A stretch of DNA of 64,000 nucleotides from an uncultured Ignavibacteriaceae bacterium. Lineage in GTDB: Bacteria; Bacteroidota; Ignavibacteria; Tepidaquicellales; Tepidaquicellaceae. A program made the translations under genes and the position numbers. The stretch covers positions 12,025 through 76,024 of the forward strand of contig CAZTQR010000005.1 of NCBI GenBank assembly GCA_964615795.1, read 5' to 3'. The notes below the pieces were generated by a model. The model did not search any database. It had not been told where the DNA came from and saw only the letters and a list, made by a program, of their open reading frames with translations. Positions 20,285-29,610 of this stretch are shown piece by piece (positions within the stretch are counted from its first letter, which is position 1; each line of letters opens with the position of its first letter).

Positions 20285-20994
20285 TCTGCGGACTGTTTAA
20301 TTTTTGTCAGATATTCACTTGTCTCATTCAAACCTTCAAAAGAACCGATCTCGTAAAACCTTTCCTTCACTTCAAATCCCGCGAGCTCATTCTTTTCAAG
20401 AAGACGGGAGTAGACTTCAGCAAGGTCAAATACTCTGCGGGTCCTGAATTCTTTAAAGCATTGCTCCGAAAGTATTCCGAGGCCGTAATCTATGTATTGC
20501 ATGTCAGGCGTACGGTTCACTTTGTCGTATGTGATGATCCTTCCGTCACGGTAGCATACATTGCTCTTGTCCCACTTTCCGTCATTGCGAAACACTGTCA
20601 TCAGCGCCGGCTTATCCTGTGAAAAAAAATATTCATTAATACTCTCAAAGTCAGTATTCAAATATGAATCGCCGTACATGACGAAAAATTCTCCCTGAAC
20701 TTTTTCCAGAGCTTTCATAACCGCGCCGCCGGTTCCCAGCAGTTCGTCTCCGTCAAAGGAGTATTCGAGTTCAACTCCGAATTTGCTTCCGTCACCTGCA
20801 TACTGCTCGATCATCTCTCCGAGATAGCTGGCGCACAGCACTATTTTGTCGATTCCTTTTGACTTTGCAAGCTCGAGCTGATGTGCTATGAATGGCCTGC
20901 CTGCAACTTCAAGCATTGACTTAGGGATTGTCTCTGTGACCGGCCTCAGGCGGGTTGCCTTTCCGCCGGCAAGCAATATAAGCTGTCTTATCAA
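20281..20994 (-). CDS. hddC: Sugar-1-phosphate nucleotidyltransferase, HddC-like (D-glycero-alpha-D-manno-heptose 1-phosphate guanylyltransferase)
   Basis: 237 aa. LLAGGKATRLRPVTETIPKSML is the NTP_transferase G-loop. Size and context match HddC. Confidence 0.65.
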   Translation of the reverse strand: MIRQLILLAGGKATRLRPVTETIPKSMLEVAGRPFIAHQLELAKSKGIDKIVLCASYLGEMIEQYAGDGSKFGVELEYSFDGDELLGTGGAVMKALEKVQGEFFVMYGDSYLNTDFESINEYFFSQDKPALMTVFRNDGKWDKSNVCYRDGRIITYDKVNRTPDMQYIDYGLGILSEQCFKEFRTRRVFDLAEVYSRLLEKNELAGFEVKERFYEIGSFEGLNETSEYLTKIKQSAD

Positions 20995-21007
20995 GCGATC
21001 CCGGGCA

Positions 21008-22009
21008 TTAGCTGTAAAAACCCGCTTTCACGCCTTCCCTCTCAAAGGCAAACCAGGTGGGATGAAGTCCGAACTTTTTCATTGAGCTGATGAACGACGC
21101 TTTGTTTCCGGGAACATAAAACAGCACGAACCCGCCTCCTCCCGCGCCTATCACCTTGCCTCCGAGCGCTCCGTTCTTTCTTGCGGACTCGTACACTTCG
21201 TCAATGAAGTCATCAGATATCTTTTTTGAGATGCCGCGCTTTAACAGCCAGTGCTCATGAAGCAGGTCGCCGAAATCGTCGATCTTATTCTTCTCAAGTA
21301 TCTTTCTTGTATAATGTCCGATCTCCTTTATCTTGTGAAGCCTGTCAATCACATTGTCATTGTTCTGCTTGGTCTTCCTGTTCTGGTCTTTGAGAATGTC
21401 ACCGGCGGAGCGTTTCTTGTTCAGATAGAAGAGGAACATATTGTTTTGAAGTTCTACAAATGCGCCGTCACTTATGGCTACAGGTTCAACGTCAACGGTT
21501 CCGTCCTTGTTGAAAGTATATGCGTTGAATCCGCCGAAACATGATGCATACTGGTCCTGCTTGCCGATCGGTTCTTTAAGTACATTGATCTCGATATGGC
21601 AGGCTCTCTCTGCAAGCTCCTGAAGCGGATGATATTCTCTTTTGTAGGAATAAAGTGCATTGAGCAAAGCAACCGTGAAAGTGGAAGAAGTCCCGAGCCC
21701 GCAGTTTGAAGGTACATCTGCAATGGAAACGATCTCGACCTGCTTCTTTACACCGGCATACTTAAGGGATTCCCTGAATATAGAATGCTCTATCTGCCGG
21801 ATGTCGTCAACAATTTCCGTCTTTGAATATGACAGCCGTATGGATTCCTCAAATCTTTTGTTGAGAAGTATGTGAACATATTTGTTGATTGCCGCGGCAA
21901 GCAGGAAACCTCCGAACTTCTCATAGTATGACGGAAGATCTGTTCCGCCGCCGCCCATAGATATCCTCACGGGAGCTCTTGAAATGATCAAACCGTGACC
22001 TCCTTCCAT
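21008..22009 (-). CDS. hddA: GHMP sugar kinase, HddA-like (D-glycero-alpha-D-manno-heptose 7-phosphate kinase)
   Basis: 333 aa. Motifs SRAPVRISMGGGGTD, PSNCGLGTSSTFTVA (GHMP motif II) and GAGGGGF (motif III). Confidence 0.7.
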   Translation of the reverse strand: MEGGHGLIISRAPVRISMGGGGTDLPSYYEKFGGFLLAAAINKYVHILLNKRFEESIRLSYSKTEIVDDIRQIEHSIFRESLKYAGVKKQVEIVSIADVPSNCGLGTSSTFTVALLNALYSYKREYHPLQELAERACHIEINVLKEPIGKQDQYASCFGGFNAYTFNKDGTVDVEPVAISDGAFVELQNNMFLFYLNKKRSAGDILKDQNRKTKQNNDNVIDRLHKIKEIGHYTRKILEKNKIDDFGDLLHEHWLLKRGISKKISDDFIDEVYESARKNGALGGKVIGAGGGGFVLFYVPGNKASFISSMKKFGLHPTWFAFEREGVKAGFYS

Positions 22010-22974
22010 GCAAACCTGCCTCTTGCCGTGTCTTCGAGTATTGACTCAACTGATTTTCTTATCGCTTCTGCAGACGAAAATCTGTTTTCCCATCCAAGCT
22101 CTCTGATCTTCGAAGAATCAAGCCTTACCACGGGCACATCGCCCTTCCATCCTCTGCTGCCGCCGGTGTATTCATAGTTCACGCCGGCGAGGTTCATGAG
22201 ATTCGTCACTTCATCTGCAATTTCAGTCACAGTGATGTGGTCGGGTGTGCTTACATTGAAATAGCTGTACCCTGAAAGATGTTTCTTCTCAATCAATCTC
22301 ATAGCATCAAGCACATCCGTCACATAGATGTAGGATTTGCTCTGCGTTCCGTCGCCGAGGATCTCAAGGCGGGTCTTGTCTTCAGTGAGCTTTCTGACGA
22401 AGTCGTAACCAACTCCGTGAGTCTGATTCGGCCCGACAACATTAGCAAATCTGAAAGCCGCCGCATTGAAACCGAACATGTGGCAGTACGAACAGATTAG
22501 AGCTTCGCACGACATCTTGCTTGCGCCGTAAGTTGATATCGGAAGCTGAGGGGAGAAATCCTCGTCTGTCACTGTTGCGCCCACATCACCGTATAGACCG
22601 CTTCCCGAAGCGTAAAGAATATTCTTCACGCCGGTCTTTCTCATTGCCTCCACAACATTGTTGGTAAGATATGTTCCCTCCCAGAAGTCAACATCCGGCT
22701 GTGTCATTGCCTTTGCTATATCGGGATTGGAAGCAAAGTGGTAAACAACATCTGACGACTCCATTGCTTCTGTCAGTTTTCCGAGGTCCTTTATGTCCTC
22801 CTTCACAAGAGTAAGCCGGCTGTCGCTGATCACATCTTCTATGTGCCACAACTTTCCGGATGACATATTGTCATATATCAGGATTCTGCAGTCCGGTTCT
22901 TCGCGGAGGATCCTTCTGGTAAGATGGCTTCCGATGAACCCTGCGCCTCCTGCGATCAAATATCTTATGCTCAA
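21988..22974 (-). CDS. NAD-dependent sugar-nucleotide epimerase/dehydratase (extended SDR)
   Basis: 328 aa. It has the Rossmann motif IAGGAGFIGSHL and the catalytic YGASKMSCE (YxxxK). It abuts the heptose genes. Confidence 0.8.
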   Translation of the reverse strand: MSIRYLIAGGAGFIGSHLTRRILREEPDCRILIYDNMSSGKLWHIEDVISDSRLTLVKEDIKDLGKLTEAMESSDVVYHFASNPDIAKAMTQPDVDFWEGTYLTNNVVEAMRKTGVKNILYASGSGLYGDVGATVTDEDFSPQLPISTYGASKMSCEALICSYCHMFGFNAAAFRFANVVGPNQTHGVGYDFVRKLTEDKTRLEILGDGTQSKSYIYVTDVLDAMRLIEKKHLSGYSYFNVSTPDHITVTEIADEVTNLMNLAGVNYEYTGGSRGWKGDVPVVRLDSSKIRELGWENRFSSAEAIRKSVESILEDTARGRFAWKEVTV

Positions 22975-22975
22975 A

Positions 22976-23821
22976 TCAGAAATGATGTCTTTTGAAATAA
23001 TACATGAACGGCTGAAGGCCCTTCCTCACAAACCCCGGCAGAAATGAGTACGCATATTGCGTGAGATTGAGCATGTATGCCTTTGCAAAGTGCGGGTAAT
23101 CGTCTTTGTATTTCTTAATGATCTGCAATACTTGCTTTGTATTTTGCCTTTGCTGAAGAAAAGATTTGTTTTGCCCTATTGCAAGATACTCGATGAAATA
23201 TTCCTTCATGTTGAAGAGTTTCCCCACCTTTCCGAACCTGAGCGCAAGGTCCATATCCTCAGCATGATTTATGTCATTGTAGCCGCCTATCCTCTCGAAA
23301 ACATCCTTTCTGAACATTACGGCAGTGTGCGCGATCGGATTAGAGTAGAGTGCATAATCTCGGATCTCCTCATCGGTCTCATTCTTAAGGTATTTGAACA
23401 TCTGATTGCCCTTTTCATCTACCAGTATACCGCCGCCGCCCACAAGCACGTAATCCTGATTCTCATCCAAAAACTCTACCTGAAGCTTTAGCTTGTCTTT
23501 ATGGCACCACCTGTCGTCATCATCAATTCTTGCAATATACCTGCCTCTTGCGGCCTTGATCCCTATGTTCAGGTAAGTGGCAATACCCTTGTTGCGAATT
23601 CTTGCGATCCTGTGATATCTGATCCTGCTGTCCTCTTCTTCAAGCTGTTTCATCATTTCCGCAGTCCTGTCGGTGGAGCCGTCATCCACAACTATCAGCT
23701 CCCAATCCCTGAATGACTGTTCCTGAACGCTCTTAATCGACTTCATCAACAGCTCAGCCCTGTTGTAAGTGGGCATAACGATGCTTACAACCGGGTGGCA
23801 ATCCTGCTCATTTGTGTCCAT
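22976..23821 (-). CDS. Glycosyltransferase family 2
   Basis: 281 aa. Motifs VSIVMPTYNRAELL, VVDDGSTD and RIDDDD (DxD). Confidence 0.85.
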   Translation of the reverse strand: MDTNEQDCHPVVSIVMPTYNRAELLMKSIKSVQEQSFRDWELIVVDDGSTDRTAEMMKQLEEEDSRIRYHRIARIRNKGIATYLNIGIKAARGRYIARIDDDDRWCHKDKLKLQVEFLDENQDYVLVGGGGILVDEKGNQMFKYLKNETDEEIRDYALYSNPIAHTAVMFRKDVFERIGGYNDINHAEDMDLALRFGKVGKLFNMKEYFIEYLAIGQNKSFLQQRQNTKQVLQIIKKYKDDYPHFAKAYMLNLTQYAYSFLPGFVRKGLQPFMYYFKRHHF

Positions 23822-24396
23822 TTACGGAAATTACCTATATGGCCTGAAAACTTAAAGCCAATACTGACAATTTGACTTAGATCCAATCAAGAGGGTATCA
23901 CAACAGGTACGATATCAAACTCGGCTCTTTATAACGTTTAGAGTTGTCCAGATCAAAGGAGCGGTTTCGGAGTTGGATATTGGGATCACAAAGATCACCT
24001 ATTAGGAGAGTTCTGGCTGGCAATTGTATTAAAGAGAAGCGGCAGTCTGAAGGAAATTAAACAAGATCAAGGATAGCAAAGCACGTCAAGGACGTTAATA
24101 CCTGACTCTTGATTTACTATTCTTTCATTTCGAAATCAAAGTATTTCATTTCTATCTTATCGGAAAAGATCATTGACCGGACTGTTTGGCTATGTATTTT
24201 CCCTTGCTTCGGGGTCAATTCATCTTCGGACTGCAAATACTGGCAACTAAGCAAACCTTCATATGCATTTAGAGAGAATTCAAAGATTCTTCATTTCGTT
24301 TCTTCGCATGGCTGAAGCACAGCTCATCCTTTAACTTACAATTTAAATAGAAGTCATCTGCCTGAACATCCATACTTCACGACTCTAGCACTCCTT

Positions 24397-25236
24397 TCAC
24401 CTTTTGGGAACCATCTGATAAACTTTCACATAATCAATCTCCATTACATATGGCTCTGAATCATCTACTTTGAAGCCATTAGCTTCCCAGTCCTTGACAG
24501 CCACATTCGCAATTATATAAAGTGGGGCAGTCGGGATACCTTTTGTATCCTCATAAACAGTATTGCCGTTCAGTTTCCATTTCATGATATTAGGTAAACA
24601 CTCAAATGACCAAACCATCCACTCATTGGAAAAATCACCCGTTAGTTCCTTTCCCTCATTGTAATAGAATGGGGCAGTTTTACCTTCATATATGCCACTA
24701 TAGTTTGGATAATCTATGCCCCAATGGTGATTGCATGATATTTTGTTCTCATTAATTCCAAAGTATTCAAATACGTCAATTTCCGGCAATCCGGGCCTTT
24801 GCTTTGCAACAAGCCAGAACGCAGGCCAAAATCCCTTCTTGAACGGGAATCTCGTTCTGATTTCCCATTTGCCGTAAGCTTGCGTGAAAGTTCTTGGAGT
24901 GTTGATCATCCCCGATGTGTATTCAAACTGCTTTTCACTTTCAGAATCCTTTCCATAAACTGATTCTTTCTTCGCAATTATTTTCAGCACTCCATCCTCC
25001 GCCACAATGTTTCTGGTCTGATACCACTGCACCTCCTTGTTTGACCAAATCGTCTTATTGCCCATATCAAAGTGCGTAAGCCACCTTGTGGTATCAAAAT
25101 TGTCAAAGTTATCTTCAAATGTGATCTTCCATTCATATTCAATATCTGACTCGTCGCTCAGAAATGAATTTGATACTATCGGGAGCAACCCTGCAAAAGT
25201 CAGGATAAAGAATGCCGCAATCATTGCTCTTCTCAT
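24397..25236 (-). CDS. Glycoside hydrolase family 16 (beta-glucanase/laminarinase-like), secreted or membrane-anchored
   Basis: The GH16 catalytic motif E-I-D-V-F-E is in LPEIDVFEYFG. The signal/anchor is MRRAMIAAFFILTFAGLL. I prefer the ATG at 25236 (the track start at 25323 adds 29 non-signal residues). Confidence 0.8.
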   Translation of the reverse strand: MRRAMIAAFFILTFAGLLPIVSNSFLSDESDIEYEWKITFEDNFDNFDTTRWLTHFDMGNKTIWSNKEVQWYQTRNIVAEDGVLKIIAKKESVYGKDSESEKQFEYTSGMINTPRTFTQAYGKWEIRTRFPFKKGFWPAFWLVAKQRPGLPEIDVFEYFGINENKISCNHHWGIDYPNYSGIYEGKTAPFYYNEGKELTGDFSNEWMVWSFECLPNIMKWKLNGNTVYEDTKGIPTAPLYIIANVAVKDWEANGFKVDDSEPYVMEIDYVKVYQMVPKR

Positions 25237-25611
25237 GGTATTTTTTGATTCAGTTTTTGCATAAATATTTGACTTATGTCCGGCACAAGGTGTTGATGGA
25301 ATTGACACTGAACTCAATTGCATACTCTGCTGACAGTATCTGTTATCTCAAAATCAGGCCGCTCATTCTGGAATTTGCGCACATTCGAAAGTACATATCA
25401 CAATGAAGTTTCTGTCAAATGTCATTTCACTCTTGCGATCGTCTGACCAGTTAGCTCAGATCAATAAGCATGCACCGGGTCTTCCCAATGCAAATGTGCT
25501 TGCTCTGTGAAGCTCATGGACATTTTCTGATAACAGACAAATTCAAATTAACTTTTTGACCTGAAAACAGAAACATATATGTTTGCAACTTTCGTCCGAT
25601 GCTATGAGACT

Positions 25612-26397
25612 CTATTGGATCGACCTTGAGATGCAAACCAGTTCATCAACAAGCATACTGTCCCTTATGAACAACAACTCGAATCCATTCTTTTCAAGGA
25701 GTTTCCTGAAATTATGCTTATCAAATCCCCAGAAGTGTTCCATTGGCCTTACCAAATGCCAGTTAGCCAAGCCTGTTCTTGCCCTCAAACTCGATGCTGA
25801 CGGGGTCTTCACAGCAAATATTCCATTTGGTTTAAGATACTTTCTGACCGAGAACAAGAAGTTTTCAATTTCCGGAATGTGTTCAATAACATGCTTCGCT
25901 GAAATGCAGTGGAAAGAGTGTTCATCAATTCGGGCTGCGTCGAGAGAGTTAGCACAAACAAATTCAACATTGTCCCTCTTAAACCTCTCCGAAAGCTCAT
26001 TTGAATAATCGATACCAAGAACTTTCCAACCCCTGCTTTTTGCTTCATATAGAACATCAGCCTCACCACACCCGAAATCAATAATGCTCTTACCCGGAGA
26101 GTACTTCTCTATGAGATTGAAAAACATTCTCAGCCGGTTCTTTCTGAAGGTTAGTATGCTTCTGATTTTTGCTATTTTCGGATTTTTATCTACCGTACTA
26201 TATCTTATCTCATAATATCTATTGTAATATTCGTTTAATTCTTTAACGGTTGGCATTGGACTGCACCAATTCAGTTTGCAATCCAGACATTCAATCACGG
26301 AATAGGGTGATCCGGCACTCGAATCTAAGGGCTTTCCTTTATTTAAGAGATTCTTCGAGCTGCATGCTGGACAACTTCGATACAATTCCCCGATCAC
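25612..26397 (-). CDS. Class I SAM-dependent methyltransferase with N-terminal Cys4 zinc ribbon
   Basis: CPACSS..CLDCKLNWC, then motif I IIDFGCGEADVL. 261 aa. It has a 4-nt overlap with the upstream GT4. Confidence 0.8.
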   Translation of the reverse strand: MIGELYRSCPACSSKNLLNKGKPLDSSAGSPYSVIECLDCKLNWCSPMPTVKELNEYYNRYYEIRYSTVDKNPKIAKIRSILTFRKNRLRMFFNLIEKYSPGKSIIDFGCGEADVLYEAKSRGWKVLGIDYSNELSERFKRDNVEFVCANSLDAARIDEHSFHCISAKHVIEHIPEIENFLFSVRKYLKPNGIFAVKTPSASSLRARTGLANWHLVRPMEHFWGFDKHNFRKLLEKNGFELLFIRDSMLVDELVCISRSIQ

Positions 26398-27548
26398 TTT
26401 ATTGTCTCCATTTTGCTTAAATAAAAATCATAATACTCTTCAGTATTCTTCTCAATATCAAATTTCTCTTTCACTGTATATATGGCATTGTTTTTGATTT
26501 CCTGAAGATTTTCTGAATTATCATAAATATAATTCAATTTATCCAAGAAATTCTTTTTATCATTTGCTTTGAATATGAACCCTGTAATTCCGTCCTGAAT
26601 GATCTCAGGTATCCCCCCTACGTCAGATGCAAGCACAATCTTTCTTTTGATCATCCCCTCAATTGTAACAAGACCAAACCCTTCCCATAAGGACGGTACA
26701 CATACAAGATCGGCAATTTCAATGAACGGCTCCGCATCTTCCCGGAATCCCAAGAGCTGCACTTGATCATTTAATTGCTCACTTCTGATTTGATTCTCAA
26801 TTTGCTTTCTCAAACTTCCTTCACCCAGAACAATAACCTTTGCTTTCCTTCTATTTTTCAAGAACTCCTTTGCAGAATTAAGAAAAAACGAGTGGCCTTT
26901 CTGGCGCTCAAGCCTTCCTGAGACTAAAATTACAAAATCGTCCCCTGACAAACCATATTTCCTTCTGAGTTTCAAAATACCTTCTTCGCTGAGCACATAT
27001 TTCTCCTTTTCAATGTTAACACCATTGTAAATGACTTTGGTGATCTTGTCAAAATTCTTGCTTCTGTTAACAAGATATCTCCTTACGACATCCGAAATTG
27101 AGATCAAATACGATCCGGAGTATCTGACAACGGCATTGTCAATCCTATCGAAAACAGACACCTTATCAATATCAGCACCTCCATGATGCGTTGAATAGTT
27201 ATGGCATGTTGAGATGATGAGCGGCACATTTGTCTGCCTTGCTGAGATTCTTCCGTAGAAATCTGCCTTCTGAAGGTGAGTATGAACTATGTCGGGTCTA
27301 ATTTCGATCAGCATCTTCTTTAATTTGCCGAATATTCTGAAGTTCACAAGGCCCTTTTCCTTTAGATCAATAATTTTAATGCCAGCTTCTTTGAATTTGC
27401 TCATGTATTCGCCTGAATCCAAAGTAATCACAAATACATCAGTATTCGCTTTTCGTTTGAGATTGAGAACAATGTCCAGCAGCAGTACCTGCGCACCGCC
27501 AAGGCTTAGATTCGAAATTATGTGAACAATTTTGAGCTTTTCACGCAT
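26394..27548 (-). CDS. Glycosyltransferase family 4
   Basis: 384 aa. It has the GT-B N-terminus LSLGGAQV and the C-terminal EGFGLVTIEGM (E-x7-E region). Confidence 0.85.
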   Translation of the reverse strand: MREKLKIVHIISNLSLGGAQVLLLDIVLNLKRKANTDVFVITLDSGEYMSKFKEAGIKIIDLKEKGLVNFRIFGKLKKMLIEIRPDIVHTHLQKADFYGRISARQTNVPLIISTCHNYSTHHGGADIDKVSVFDRIDNAVVRYSGSYLISISDVVRRYLVNRSKNFDKITKVIYNGVNIEKEKYVLSEEGILKLRRKYGLSGDDFVILVSGRLERQKGHSFFLNSAKEFLKNRRKAKVIVLGEGSLRKQIENQIRSEQLNDQVQLLGFREDAEPFIEIADLVCVPSLWEGFGLVTIEGMIKRKIVLASDVGGIPEIIQDGITGFIFKANDKKNFLDKLNYIYDNSENLQEIKNNAIYTVKEKFDIEKNTEEYYDFYLSKMETIK

Positions 27549-28615
27549 TAGGAGATTCTGTTAATGATGTCTGCAATTTCACTTCCTACTTTGTCCCAGC
27601 TCCTGAATGAATTTGATTTGCGATATGCTGAATCAGAGAATCTTTCGATTCGGTCTCTGTCTTCAGCCAATATGCGAATCTTTTCAGCCAATGCCCTTGG
27701 ATTTGCCGGCTCCACCAAGTAGCCATTCGATCCGTCATCAACTATCTCCCTTAACGAAGGTATGTTGGATGCAACAACAGGTAACGCATGAGACATTGCT
27801 TCTGCTGCAACCATTCCATACCCTTCCCAAAGTGAAGGAAAAACAAATAATGAAGACGATCTGTAATATTCCTGTAGCTCTACGTCACATACTCTTCCCC
27901 TGAAGAATATTATATCCGCCAGGTCCAGTTCCGATATCTTCATCATAAGACTCTTGAAATAGTCATCTGAATTTTGCGTACCCCCGATTATGTTCAGAAT
28001 AAACTTCTCTTTGTCGAGATATCTGAAAGCTTCTATTAGGTGGATAAGACCCTTCCTTTTCTCAATTGTTCCAATGTAAAGCAACTTGACGATGTTATCT
28101 CCATTTGTGTCCGTCTTTCGGTTTATCGGGCTGAAAATGGCATCCAGTCCAGGTGGAACTACCGGGATATTGTAGCTCTTCAAGAGTGAATGTTCTTGCA
28201 GGTCATTTTTCGTTGCATTGCTGACAGTCATAACAAAGTCTGAATGTCTGATGAAAAACTCTTCAAACTTCGCTCTGAAAAACTCAGGATTCTCATTCCT
28301 TACCAAATGATGTACAATCATGAAGTAATAATGCTTCTTAAAGATTCTGTTCAAAATCATTGGGATCATGAAATGCAGGAATGCCGTATTACTCAATACA
28401 ATGATTGATTTCCTTTTTACTTTGCAGCTGACAAATAATCCGTGCATGATCTTGAAGAGCTTGTTTCGGTTTCCAAGCTTCGAAAACTTTCCGTTTCCTG
28501 CCAGATAAACGCCCTCTCTTCTTTCCTTTACATAGTTGTAAACAATGTTATGATACTTTATTCCCCCGGTAGGTGCTTCAGGAAATTCAGGCAAATAGAA
28601 ATAGATCCTCCTCAT
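27548..28615 (-). CDS. Glycosyltransferase family 4
   Basis: 355 aa. The C-terminus reads PSLWEGYGMVAAEAMSHALPVVASN. Confidence 0.85.
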   Translation of the reverse strand: MRRIYFYLPEFPEAPTGGIKYHNIVYNYVKERREGVYLAGNGKFSKLGNRNKLFKIMHGLFVSCKVKRKSIIVLSNTAFLHFMIPMILNRIFKKHYYFMIVHHLVRNENPEFFRAKFEEFFIRHSDFVMTVSNATKNDLQEHSLLKSYNIPVVPPGLDAIFSPINRKTDTNGDNIVKLLYIGTIEKRKGLIHLIEAFRYLDKEKFILNIIGGTQNSDDYFKSLMMKISELDLADIIFFRGRVCDVELQEYYRSSSLFVFPSLWEGYGMVAAEAMSHALPVVASNIPSLREIVDDGSNGYLVEPANPRALAEKIRILAEDRDRIERFSDSAYRKSNSFRSWDKVGSEIADIINRIS

Positions 28616-29610
28616 ATCACATGGTCTGTATCAAACAATCTGCTCTTACCTGACGAATAAATCTTGAGCATCTTTTTATATTGGTTCATTTTCTTCTTTT
28701 CAACATTCTTGTATCTGTTCCTGAATCTAAGGGTCCCCATCCGCACTAGTATTCCTGCAGCATTAATAAATCTAAGCATGCTTCTTTTCAGAAATCCAAA
28801 ATGCAGATACGAATAGATCATTTTGCTCCGGTTCAGGTGATAAAAGTAAACCTCTTCCCCCTTCTCACTTTTGACGCTACTGTTGCCGAAATGCCTGACT
28901 ATCAAACCATACAAACAAGCAATCTTGAATCCGGCACTTTGGAGTCTGTTTTGGAAGTCGGTGTCTTCGTAATACAGGAAATATCTTTCATCGAAACCGT
29001 TAAGGGCATTGAAAGCATCCGCTCTTACCAGAAGAAAAGCTCCGGTAATCCAATCAACATAGACGAATTTATAGATTTCGGCCTTATAGTTCCCAAAGTC
29101 ATACAGCCTGTTAAGCTTTCTCGCGTTACCGATTCCTGATGCCTCAAAAAACTCCCAAATGAGGTTCGGGAATTCATTGAAGTTGTATGCAATATTATCC
29201 TCAAAATCCATAAGCAAAGGTGAACACGCTCCCAATTCAATATTCTCTTCCATGAAAGAACATAACTTATGTATTACGTCGTCGACAATCACAATGTCCG
29301 GATTCACAAAGATCAGATACTTGCCTTTTGCAAACTTTGCTGCGCAATTACACCCTGCACCAAAGCCGTCATTTACATTCCTGAAAATGAATCTGACATT
29401 TGGGAACATGGCTGGGAAATTCTCTATATCTCGAATAGTCGAGTTATTATCAGCCACTATGATCTCATAGTCAATTTGCTTTGTGAATTCAATGATTGAC
29501 TTCAGGCAATCCTTCAAGTGATCCGCAGTATTGTAGTTCACTATGATGATTGTGACCTTCACATTATATCCTGAATTCTTAGCCTCTTCAATTTCGAAAT
29601 TGAGACTCAT
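28612..29610 (-). CDS. Glycosyltransferase family 2
   Basis: 332 aa. Motifs VTIIIVNYNTADHL, VADNNS, FVNPD and YYEDTDF. Confidence 0.85.
   Translation of the reverse strand: MSLNFEIEEAKNSGYNVKVTIIIVNYNTADHLKDCLKSIIEFTKQIDYEIIVADNNSTIRDIENFPAMFPNVRFIFRNVNDGFGAGCNCAAKFAKGKYLIFVNPDIVIVDDVIHKLCSFMEENIELGACSPLLMDFEDNIAYNFNEFPNLIWEFFEASGIGNARKLNRLYDFGNYKAEIYKFVYVDWITGAFLLVRADAFNALNGFDERYFLYYEDTDFQNRLQSAGFKIACLYGLIVRHFGNSSVKSEKGEEVYFYHLNRSKMIYSYLHFGFLKRSMLRFINAAGILVRMGTLRFRNRYKNVEKKKMNQYKKMLKIYSSGKSRLFDTDHVI

Noticed and set aside
24109-24315. A 68-aa plus-strand ORF in the 575-nt gap.
   Set aside because: It runs opposite to the entire surrounding array. It has an odd composition (FISKSKYFISILS..) and no recognisable domain.
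23822-24396. A JUMPstart/ops (GGCGGTAG) antitermination element upstream of the heptose/GT operon.
   Set aside because: The only similar string (GCGGCAGT at about 24039-24046) is on the plus strand, which is the wrong strand for the minus-strand operon, and it is an imperfect match.
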